From contig WFXK01000024.1 of the NCBI GenBank assembly GCA_015490695.1, forward strand, positions 1 through 36,433: a DNA stretch of 36,433 nucleotides. The letters are read 5' to 3'. Shown piece by piece: positions 11,001-17,959 of the stretch. The position numbers and the translations under genes were made by a program. This DNA comes from Bacteroidota bacterium. GTDB lineage: Bacteria > Bacteroidota > Bacteroidia > SpSt-205 > S141-50. How positions within the stretch are numbered: position 1 is the first letter of the stretch; every line of letters begins with the position of its first letter. The notes below the pieces were generated by a model. That model ran no database searches and was not told the DNA's origin. It was given only the letters and a program-made list of their open reading frames with translations.

Positions 11001-11234
11001 TTGATAAAGATTGCTAAGCGGAATTGCGAAGAAATAGGTTTAGTATTAGAGGAGGCTAAAAAACGTGGCATTTATCTTCCCGAGAGGTTTTCTCAGTTTT
11101 ACGATAAGCGACTTCCTGCCTTCAAGCAACGGCTTGCAGACTTAGAAAGTAAGAGCACGAAGCCTTTAGTTGACTTCCCTCGCAACCAATTTTTTGAAAC
11201 GTACTTAAAACCTATCATAGAGCCAAGCACTTAA
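8025..11234 (+). CDS. SF1B RecD2/Dda-like DNA helicase (AAA_30 / UvrD_C_2-type core) with a large internal insertion and an uncharacterised ~390-aa C-terminal extension
   Basis: Helicase motifs are present in order: Walker A GYAGTGKTT (aa 32-40), Ia MAPTGNAAQIL, II YIIDESSM (aa 170-177), III VIFVGDPAQLPP, an SH3-like segment DDHLVIVQNNYLFNLLNGDFVKV, V/VI YAVTCHKAQGNEWDVV and AYTAITRARKKVY (aa 618-673). Aa ~385-612 and aa ~680-1069 carry no motif I recognise. Confidence 0.85.
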   Translation: MSYQNYPDTKAAFEKIIQFLRDGEAQVFVLKGYAGTGKTTLINDISKVFLEYLRKIEEYGGSDLYDEYGLPNINDFLVLMAPTGNAAQILACKTELEVRTIHSTIYQWDAQKTLEENTLFFNENSTEEEGNEQKVVFRIKGNPLNDSKLQRTLENFRVKSKNQINIFPLYIIDESSMISDKYKEDGALRFGSGQLLKDILEYTGLISNKVLRAKVIFVGDPAQLPPTDKSVFAPALNEAYLKEKYNLNVQSATLTIIKRQKEGSKVLKQAEKIRKALETLNFYQFSIEDDNNEIICLTANKDERRKKLMDHYIKESGSKIIITFTNEEREKYNAAIRKRVFSLTDDDLKSYQNHLIKDDHLVIVQNNYLFNLLNGDFVKVMEEIPISEQERSALGVLKGKPTVVVDGAYIKMPIPSFYRDNAFLLWKKVKVRIMNTCDKKEKEKEKENNATKEILVLLNPMLNTKEYPYPNDSTLRKWLWINFLIRRKFEVACFFRGAQRIKKLLMDYKANKNYVLGQLNRFEEIPKNKDKVLFIIGIFARQDPKPYQQTFEQYLDTECYWDGSSYRTLKEVIDKIDTSSPNAIIQSLERLQQALFNIHVKILQEDRLYNCIIADYGYAVTCHKAQGNEWDVVFIDWTKRWSYRSVKGEGQIYQEDFFRWAYTAITRARKKVYNIYTPSFDYTKDKRTIQLLKQYQPNGSNGDLLYELGQNRTLPKGVVGYFLHKLLIKDDGTIDEDLVNNDWIILANRLPYLYSAYKWSDTEFSLFAECALDKLTRHWGTIEKIFIPNPIDDFMKGVSLRPFHKPETENDYRKKVTAKLLSEYARSLNNIGNIKKIETILPDLELIFNFHMDYDFMDLATFSFFTHYLAESYLTLGDEEKAYNTILKTLKKYKNDVYTDPTFAHLWNLLQKLYENYHLKKLPIIDPEVKKKITLRRLAIWEKATELFYGSYKNKKTRLEHLFNVQAGLISYIMYNSLYLKNVNPEDAFIQKLIKIAKRNCEEIGLVLEEAKKRGIYLPERFSQFYDKRLPAFKQRLADLESKSTKPLVDFPRNQFFETYLKPIIEPST
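9342..9365 (+). repeat. In-frame hexanucleotide tandem repeat (AAAGAA)x4 encoding KEKEKEKE
   Basis: Read directly: gac aaa aaa gaa aaa gaa aaa gaa aaa gaa aac, in frame with the helicase CDS (aa 439-447). Confidence 0.9.
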
Positions 11235-11237
11235 GGT

Positions 11238-12242
11238 TTATAATGAACAATCATCCTCTTGTAAATCTATTGCAGAAAGATACCATCTTCCATTTACAAG
11301 GGTTAGAGAAAAGACTAAGTGTCCTGCTTGGTTGTCTACCAATATCACACGGCGGGATTTTTTTCCTAAGTCTTCAAGACGTTTTGCCTCCTTAGGGTCT
11401 AACTCTATAGCGGTAACCATAGCACTGAATCGCTCAGCATTTAAGACACTAAAGTCAGGTTTATCTATGTTGGCATAAAAGCCTGTACGGTCCCATTGGG
11501 AAGTTCTACAATCAAAACTGGGGAGTTTGTCGGAGAACTGCAGTGAGTGATTTAAGTAGTATCCTTTTCTCAAAGAGAACCAATAGGTTGCGTCTCCTCT
11601 TTTTATATGCTCATCTTCCAAAGTAAATGCTGTACCTATGTTGATAGCAGCAGGAGCAATCCCCGTTTTAACAATAACATACAAACCTATTTCTGGATGC
11701 ACTAAGGAACGAAGTTTTTGAGTATTGCGCTCTGCAACCGCTTCTACAACCGCTTTTGCTGTCTGTACAAAATGCACTTTTTCGTGGATTTTTGTCATGA
11801 GTTTTTTAATTACATTTTTTGGTAATTTCCTCATTGTGAACACAAATTTTTCCATTCTCAATTCCCAGAGATTTTCTCCGATTTGTTTAAGGGAGATAAT
11901 AAGGTCATTGTGTGATGATGTGAAGAAATATTCATTTCCTTCTTTTGCAACTTCATAGTTTTTCAATAGCGTATCCGCATTTTTGAAGTCAGCGCTATAT
12001 TTTATTATATTTTCGTTACTGAAGCGGAAATAGGCAAAATTCTCCAGAAGGCTTTCACCTGATGCCTTTATAAGTGCATTAAGGAAACCATAAGCGAATT
12101 TTTCTGCTGAAGTGGTTTTTGCTTCATCTATTTGGACTTGTTGTACTTCAAAAAAGGTCTCTTCAGACTCCTGAGAGGCTTGTTTTTGCTCTGTAGTGCA
12201 GGCAATTAGTGCGAACCACGCGACAAATACAATTCGCTTCAT
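11238..12242 (-). CDS. Hypothetical lipoprotein (unknown family)
   Basis: 334-aa ORF. The N-terminus MKRIVFVAWFALIACTTEQ is a signal peptide plus lipobox Cys. I recognise no catalytic motif. It converges on the helicase gene with a 3-nt gap. Confidence 0.7.
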   Translation of the reverse strand: MKRIVFVAWFALIACTTEQKQASQESEETFFEVQQVQIDEAKTTSAEKFAYGFLNALIKASGESLLENFAYFRFSNENIIKYSADFKNADTLLKNYEVAKEGNEYFFTSSHNDLIISLKQIGENLWELRMEKFVFTMRKLPKNVIKKLMTKIHEKVHFVQTAKAVVEAVAERNTQKLRSLVHPEIGLYVIVKTGIAPAAINIGTAFTLEDEHIKRGDATYWFSLRKGYYLNHSLQFSDKLPSFDCRTSQWDRTGFYANIDKPDFSVLNAERFSAMVTAIELDPKEAKRLEDLGKKSRRVILVDNQAGHLVFSLTLVNGRWYLSAIDLQEDDCSL

Positions 12243-12284
12243 AGTTAAGCTAAATAAGGATTTTCAAGTTAAAAGTCACTGTAC

Positions 12285-12313
12285 CAAAAAAATAAGGGGG
12301 GCTATGCCCCCCT
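12285..12313 (-). terminator. Rho-independent terminator (GC hairpin plus U-tract)
   Basis: GGGGGGC-TAT-GCCCCCC hairpin at 12297-12313. On the minus strand it is followed by TTATTTTTTTGG, 11 nt downstream of the stop of the 12324..13217 gene. The plus strand is also T-rich after the hairpin. Confidence 0.7.
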
Positions 12314-12323
12314 CATTTTTCTT

Positions 12324-13217
12324 TTATTGAATGTTCAGCACTACAGGTGATGAGCCGTTTACTGAGACAGAAACCTTTCCGTCACAAGCCCGGTTATCAG
12401 GGTCAAAGTTGACAACAATCTCATCAGGATTTTGCGGGTCTTTGAAGAAGGTCATTATTAACTCACCTGCATGGGGAAAGCGACACATCCACATCTTTTG
12501 CAAGGGATTAGAAGACTTGGAAACCATTGTAAATTGTACATTACGACGACTTACGCCGTTAATGGTGTCTGTAACCGCATAAGCATCATCCGTTTCATCC
12601 ATAACGGTCATATACCCTTGAGTTTTCACAATAGTAAACATGTAATAATCCCATCGTAGTGCAGAGCTGTCTTTGAATACAAAACGTAGGGGTACCCGTT
12701 GTCCGTTAACAATGTTGTCAATAACCCACATAGGTCTTCCTGCGGAGTCTTTACCTTCATAAAACATAGTAAAGCCACCTTCTAAGCGTTCTCCATTGAT
12801 AGTGAAGTTTTGATATTGCACTGTGATGCTGAACCCCGGTGCTTTAGGAGTTCCATTGTACTGGGTGATGATTTGTCCTGTGTAGGTTACGCCGTTGCAT
12901 TGGGTACCTTGTCCGAAGTCAATGATGATGATACGACTTGTAGTGTCATGGGTGTAGTTGGCTCCGCAAGGACCTACTTGTGCTGATGATGCTACTCGGG
13001 CAACCATGTCTTCTTCGGCATAAACAGCTTCTACGTATCCCATAGAAGAATTCACTTGCTGCGTAGCTCTTGCGTTGTCCGTTACCACTTCAGCAGTTTC
13101 TGTAGACAAAGATGGGGGAGCTACAGGAGCATCGGTGCTCGGCTCCCTGTCCTTACACCCCCAAACTACCAACGACAACAAAGCCGCTAACATAAAATAA
13201 AACGTTCCTCGCTTCAT
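12324..13217 (-). CDS. Hypothetical lipoprotein (unknown family)
   Basis: ORF 12324..13247. I place the start at MKRGTFYFMLAALLSLVVWGC (ATG at 13217), which gives a signal peptide plus lipobox. The longer start would lie inside the predicted -7 promoter element. Confidence 0.7.
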   Translation of the reverse strand: MKRGTFYFMLAALLSLVVWGCKDREPSTDAPVAPPSLSTETAEVVTDNARATQQVNSSMGYVEAVYAEEDMVARVASSAQVGPCGANYTHDTTSRIIIIDFGQGTQCNGVTYTGQIITQYNGTPKAPGFSITVQYQNFTINGERLEGGFTMFYEGKDSAGRPMWVIDNIVNGQRVPLRFVFKDSSALRWDYYMFTIVKTQGYMTVMDETDDAYAVTDTINGVSRRNVQFTMVSKSSNPLQKMWMCRFPHAGELIMTFFKDPQNPDEIVVNFDPDNRACDGKVSVSVNGSSPVVLNIQ

Positions 13218-13244
13218 TGCTCTTAAAAATTTACTTTCCGAGAA

Positions 13245-13252
13245 CAAAAGTA
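13245..13252 (-). promoter_or_regulatory. Bacteroidota-type -7 promoter element (TACTTTTG on the minus strand)
   Basis: The plus strand reads CAAAAGTA, which is TAnnTTTG on the minus strand, 27 nt upstream of the ATG at 13217. Confidence 0.35.
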
Positions 13253-13318
13253 AAACACTTTCCCCATACTTGCCACTTCCCTATCCGCAATTCTTACGCA
13301 TTCAAAATAAAAATTCCC

Positions 13319-13326
13319 TACTTTTG
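13319..13326 (+). promoter_or_regulatory. Bacteroidota-type -7 promoter element (TACTTTTG)
   Basis: Matches TAnnTTTG, 8 nt upstream of the ATG at 13335. This implies a very short or absent leader. Confidence 0.35.
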
Positions 13327-13334
13327 TCTCTGCT

Positions 13335-14141
13335 ATGCCCGATGAACAAGTCAAAAACTATTATGAGCTTATCCGGGAAGTCCCGTTAGAAAGTCTTCTG
13401 TTCATTGACATTGAAACCGTTCCTCAAAAAGCTACTTATGAAGAGCTTTCTGAAACCTGGAAACAACAATGGAAAAACAAAATGAAAAGAAACCTTTCAG
13501 AAGCAGACCAAGAAAGTGAAGCAAGCGTCCTATATCAAGAAAGAGCAGGTATCTACCCAGAATTTGGAAAAATCATCGCTATCGGTGTCGGCGCTTTTGA
13601 AAAGCCATCAAAACTTAAAGTTAGTGTCTGGGGAACCTGTAACGAAAAAAAACTATTAGAACAGTTTTTAACTATCTTCCAAAAAAGAATCAATAAAAAA
13701 TGGACAAACTGGAATACCTCTAATGGGAAATTGCTCAAAGATGCTCTTTATATTGTAGGACATAACATCCGAGAATTTGATATTCCCTATTTAGGAAGAC
13801 GACTATTAGTGCATGGACTTCCCTTACCAGGTCCTTTGCAACTTTTGGGAACCAAACCCTGGGAAAACGCCCATTTATTAGACCTCATGCAACTATGGAG
13901 CTTCGGCGATAAGCGAAACTTTATTAAACTAGATCTTTTAGCCCTTACCTTAGGTTTAACTTCTCCCAAAAGTGATATGGACGGCTCTATGGTAGCCCAA
14001 AAATACTATGAAGGCAAACACGATGAAATTCTAAACTATTGCGCTCAAGACGTCGTTATATTAGCAAAAATCCTATTACGCTTAGCAGCAAGAAAAACAG
14101 AAGAGAATTTCGAAATAGAGTCCCATAAAGAGTGGCTTTAA
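13335..14141 (+). CDS. Stand-alone DEDDy 3'-5' exonuclease related to the family-B polymerase exonuclease domain (DNA_pol_B_exo2-like)
   Basis: Exo I LLFIDIETV (D-x-E), Exo II IVGHNIREFDIPYL, Exo III YCAQDVVILAKI (Y-x3-D). At 268 aa it has no polymerase domain. Confidence 0.8.
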   Translation: MPDEQVKNYYELIREVPLESLLFIDIETVPQKATYEELSETWKQQWKNKMKRNLSEADQESEASVLYQERAGIYPEFGKIIAIGVGAFEKPSKLKVSVWGTCNEKKLLEQFLTIFQKRINKKWTNWNTSNGKLLKDALYIVGHNIREFDIPYLGRRLLVHGLPLPGPLQLLGTKPWENAHLLDLMQLWSFGDKRNFIKLDLLALTLGLTSPKSDMDGSMVAQKYYEGKHDEILNYCAQDVVILAKILLRLAARKTEENFEIESHKEWL

Positions 14142-14150
14142 AGAACATCC

Positions 14151-16562
14151 ATGAATACTTTTATTAAAGTTTTACCCATTTTTATAGGAATTTTTTCTTG
14201 TACTTTAGCCCAGGGGATTTTAAAAGGGGTTGTTAAAGACGCTTATAATCATCGGGTTATTCATGCCCAAATGATTATTTTAGAAACCCAGGACACCACT
14301 TACAGCGATAGCAGTGGCACTTTTTCTTTTCAGCTTCCTGCAGGCATCTACCATCTTCGCATTCTCCATCCCCGCTACGCACCCCAAACCCGAACAGTCA
14401 AAATAGAAGATAAACACACTACGACGCTCTATGTAAACTTACAGCTTCCTATCGTAGAATTAAAAGAACAAGTTATAGAAGGTGCTCCAAAACCAACAGA
14501 GACACAAGTTGTACCTTTTATGGAAACGCTACCGCTATCGGTAGAACAACTTAGACAAATGCCCATGCCTAAATCCGATATTGAAAGCGTTTTAAGTCTT
14601 TTGCCCGGGGTTGCATTAGCTTCGGAGTTTTCCTCTCAGTATCGGGTTCGCGGCGGCAGTTACGACGAGAACTTAGTTTATGTGAATGGTATAGAAATCT
14701 TTCGTCCGCAACTTATCCGAACAGGAAAACAAGAAGGTTTAGGTTTTAGTAATCCCTATTTAGCTGATGAGGTTTATTTCAGTAGTGGTGGTTTTGGGGT
14801 TCAGTATGGCGATAAGCTCTCTTCCGTGTTAGCCATCCACTATCGTGAACCCTCTCGCAACCGAGCAACCTTAGAAGCCGGATTATTAACGCTTAACTTT
14901 CATATTGAAAACTATTGGCAGAAAAATGACAGCGCTCCCCGTTTTAGTTATCAATTAGGTATCCGGCGATTCACAACACGCCCTTTATTAAAAACCTTAA
15001 ACACCACAGGCACTTATCGTCCCAGTTTTTGGGATGGACAATTGCTTTTACGCTTCCAACCCCATTCCCAAAGCAAATGGAAAATAGAATGGTTTACCGT
15101 AGCCACCCAAAACACCTACGACTTTGAACCGGAATCCCAAGTAACAACTTTCGGCATGTTTCCCTATCCTATTCGGCTGTTTGTTGCCTACGCAGGAAGA
15201 GAAAGAAGTCAATACCAAATTTTTCAGACAGCTGTGCAACTTTATTGGAATCCTAATTATCGTTGGCAACTTAGAGGGTATGTCAGCTATTATGTAGACC
15301 AAGAAAAAGAGTTTGCTGATATTGAAGGGGCGTATCGGCTTGCTGATGTTAATCCTAACTTCGCTGCTGAAGACTTTAATGAAGTGATTTTTGTTCGGGG
15401 TGTAGGCTCACAGTTAGAACACCGAAGAAATTGGTTATTTGCTTCTGTTCAAGACTACGCCCTACATGGTAAATATGCCATAGATAAAGCCTTTAAACAT
15501 TTCCTTCATTTTGGAATACAATCCCAACAGCGTTTCTTCTGGGACCGCTATACAGAATGGTACTTAGAAGACTCCTCTGATTTTGTTTTCCCTGTAGAAC
15601 GAGTACGCACAACCAATACTTTCAGTGCTCAACTACACACTGGCTATCTACAACATTTATGGTGGTTAACCACTACTTGGAAAGTACAATGGGGTATCCG
15701 TTCGGGCTATTGGAATGCAAATCAGTCTTTATTCATAACGCCTCGTATACAAGTGGTTTGGGACCCTTCTAAACAAGATTCTACTCGTCCTTTTCAATTA
15801 CGTGCTGCATGGGGAATGTACTTCCAACCCCCTTTTTATAGGGAAATGCGCGACTTTGATGGCAAACTCTATCCTGAAATCCCTTTACAAAAAGCGATAC
15901 ATTACATCCTCGGCGGAGATTATTTGTTTTATGCATGGGAACGCCCCTTCAAACTCACCGCAGAACTTTATTATAAACAACTTTGGGACCTTATCCCTTA
16001 TGAATTCCAAAATGTTCGTATTCGTTACTATCCGACTCACCGAGCGAAAGGATACGTCCGAGGCATTGATGTACGACTCAACGGACAATTTATCCAAGGA
16101 TTAGACTCATGGCTTAGTGTTACTATGATGGAAACCCGTGAACAAGTTCAAGGATTTGACCGCTATGTGTATCGTCCAACCGACCAACGGCTGCAAGTAA
16201 ATTTTTATTTTCAAGATTATTTACCTAACAATCCTACTTTTCGGGTTCATATTCAGTACATTTATCAGACAGGGCTTCCATTTGGACCGCCAAGGATTTT
16301 GCAAAACCGCACCGCCTTCCGCATGAGCTCCTATCAAAGAGTAGATTTAGGACTAAGCAAGCTCATTATTATAAAAGAAGGTAAACAACGAAAACATTGG
16401 CATGTGCGTCAACTCTGGCTTGGTTTAGATGTGTTTAACCTGTTAGATAGGCAAAACGAAGTTAGTTATCAATGGGTCAAAGACGTTTTTAATACTCGTT
16501 TTGCCGTACCGAACTACTTAACGGGCAGACTTCTAAATGTACGTGTGATTGCTTATTTATGA
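14151..16562 (+). CDS. TonB-dependent receptor with N-terminal carboxypeptidase-regulatory-like domain
   Basis: Signal peptide, a CarboxypepD_reg-like segment (GILKGVVKD...GIYHLRILHPRY), a plug-like region (VRGGSYDENLVYVNGIEIF), then a long aromatic-rich beta-barrel-type sequence. Confidence 0.83.
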   Translation: MNTFIKVLPIFIGIFSCTLAQGILKGVVKDAYNHRVIHAQMIILETQDTTYSDSSGTFSFQLPAGIYHLRILHPRYAPQTRTVKIEDKHTTTLYVNLQLPIVELKEQVIEGAPKPTETQVVPFMETLPLSVEQLRQMPMPKSDIESVLSLLPGVALASEFSSQYRVRGGSYDENLVYVNGIEIFRPQLIRTGKQEGLGFSNPYLADEVYFSSGGFGVQYGDKLSSVLAIHYREPSRNRATLEAGLLTLNFHIENYWQKNDSAPRFSYQLGIRRFTTRPLLKTLNTTGTYRPSFWDGQLLLRFQPHSQSKWKIEWFTVATQNTYDFEPESQVTTFGMFPYPIRLFVAYAGRERSQYQIFQTAVQLYWNPNYRWQLRGYVSYYVDQEKEFADIEGAYRLADVNPNFAAEDFNEVIFVRGVGSQLEHRRNWLFASVQDYALHGKYAIDKAFKHFLHFGIQSQQRFFWDRYTEWYLEDSSDFVFPVERVRTTNTFSAQLHTGYLQHLWWLTTTWKVQWGIRSGYWNANQSLFITPRIQVVWDPSKQDSTRPFQLRAAWGMYFQPPFYREMRDFDGKLYPEIPLQKAIHYILGGDYLFYAWERPFKLTAELYYKQLWDLIPYEFQNVRIRYYPTHRAKGYVRGIDVRLNGQFIQGLDSWLSVTMMETREQVQGFDRYVYRPTDQRLQVNFYFQDYLPNNPTFRVHIQYIYQTGLPFGPPRILQNRTAFRMSSYQRVDLGLSKLIIIKEGKQRKHWHVRQLWLGLDVFNLLDRQNEVSYQWVKDVFNTRFAVPNYLTGRLLNVRVIAYL

Positions 16563-17836
16563 TGGAGCGTTTGAAGAGTATCATTCCTGATTTTGAAGCT
16601 TTTTTAGCATGTTTATCAACGCCTCCACCTACGGCGATTCGTTATAATCCAGAGAAAAGAACTAAGGTTGCCGATTTACCTTATCATGGAGAGCCGATTC
16701 CTTGGGAGTCACAGGGGATTTATTTAGCACAAAGACCTTCTTTTGGTGATGACCCACTATGGTATGCAGGCTTATACTATGTGCAAGAACCCTCTTCTAT
16801 GAGTATTGGCTATGTTGTTCGTCAATTGCCCTTACCTGAGAAAGCAATTGTATTGGATTTTTCTGCAGCGCCTGGAGGGAAAACAACTTTATTGTTGAGT
16901 TCATTACCTAATGCGACAATCGTTGCGAACGAACCCAATCCTCAACGGAATAAGGTTTTACAAGAGAATCTTCTACGTTGGGGTTATAGCAATTATGTAG
17001 TGACGCAAGCAGACCCGAATCGTTGGCGACTCTCAGGTGCTTTTGACCTCATTCTCGTAGATGCGCCCTGCTCAGGAATGGGACTATGGCGAAAACACCC
17101 CAAATACCAACAAAACTGGAGCTTCAAACACATAAAACGCTTTGTAAAGCTACAACGCCATATTTTAAATAAGGTAATCGCTTTACTAAAACCTAACGGG
17201 TTTTTGATTTACAGCACTTGCACCTACACACAAGAAGAAAATGAAGAACAAATTCGTTGGCTACTGACACAGGACTCATGGCAAGGAGTTGCTATAGAAG
17301 TTCCTGAAACGTGGGGATGGTTGCCTGTGACGATTGCTTCAGGTATTCAGGGATGGCGCCTTTATCCTCATAAAACCCGTGGCGAAGGCTTCTTTCTTTG
17401 TACCCTGCAAAAGAAAACAAAACAACAAACTATGACCTTCCCTAATAAAAAAGTTTCTAAAATCCAACATCCACTTATTAGACAAGCATTAAAACCATGG
17501 AACGATAAACTTATTTGGTGCGATGAAAACACTTATTGGATTGGTAAAACGTTAGAAAACCATGGTATTGCAGTTCGGCAAATCGGTATTCCTGTAGTGC
17601 AAATAGGAAAACAAAAAAGTTTTCTTTTCAATGCTGCTGCCTTGGCAGTAAAGGAGCTATTAAAATGTCCTGTTGTTGCTTTATCCTATGAACAAGCCAT
17701 GGCATTTTTAAAAGGTAATTTATCGGTTATTCCTATTACGCTTTTTGCTGAAGAGGGGTATTGGCAGGTTAAGTACAAGGGATTGTCGTTGGGGGTGATT
17801 CGTCGTTTGTCTAAGCGATTGACCAAAACCCGATAG
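16559..17836 (+). CDS. RsmB/RsmF-family rRNA (cytosine-C5)-methyltransferase
   Basis: SAM-binding motif VLDFSAAPGGKTT and the catalytic Cys motifs VDAPCSGMG and YSTCTY. A C-terminal extension resembles that of RsmF. It overlaps the receptor gene by 4 nt (ATGA). Confidence 0.85.
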   Translation: MMERLKSIIPDFEAFLACLSTPPPTAIRYNPEKRTKVADLPYHGEPIPWESQGIYLAQRPSFGDDPLWYAGLYYVQEPSSMSIGYVVRQLPLPEKAIVLDFSAAPGGKTTLLLSSLPNATIVANEPNPQRNKVLQENLLRWGYSNYVVTQADPNRWRLSGAFDLILVDAPCSGMGLWRKHPKYQQNWSFKHIKRFVKLQRHILNKVIALLKPNGFLIYSTCTYTQEENEEQIRWLLTQDSWQGVAIEVPETWGWLPVTIASGIQGWRLYPHKTRGEGFFLCTLQKKTKQQTMTFPNKKVSKIQHPLIRQALKPWNDKLIWCDENTYWIGKTLENHGIAVRQIGIPVVQIGKQKSFLFNAAALAVKELLKCPVVALSYEQAMAFLKGNLSVIPITLFAEEGYWQVKYKGLSLGVIRRLSKRLTKTR

Positions 17837-17841
17837 AAAAA

Positions 17842-17873
17842 TTTGGACTTTTTCGCTTTTTGTTATAAGTTTG
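17842..17873 (+). promoter_or_regulatory. Bacteroidota-type promoter for tRNA-Val (TTTG-N20-TAAGTTTG)
   Basis: -33 TTTG at 17842-17845 and -7 TAAGTTTG at 17866-17873. The tRNA begins 11 nt downstream. Confidence 0.5.
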
Positions 17874-17884
17874 CGGTGGTTTTT

Positions 17885-17959
17885 GGGAGCTTAGCTCAGT
17901 TGGTCCAGAGCGCCTGCCTTACAAGCAGGAGGTCGGGGGTTCGAATCCCTCAGCTCCCA
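17885..17959 (+). tRNA. tRNA-Val (anticodon UAC)
   Basis: I folded the cloverleaf by hand: acceptor GGGAGCT/AGCTCCC, D stem GCTC/GAGC, anticodon stem CCTGC/GCAGG with loop CTTACAA, T stem GGGGG/CCCTC with loop TTCGAAT, discriminator A. Length is 75 nt and CCA is not encoded. Confidence 0.93.

Noticed and set aside
17885-17959. tRNA-Val as an integration site for a genomic island.
   Set aside because: There is no integrase or recombinase in the window. By eye I found no direct repeat of the tRNA 3' end elsewhere (only a 7-nt chance match near 15133). The flanking genes are housekeeping.
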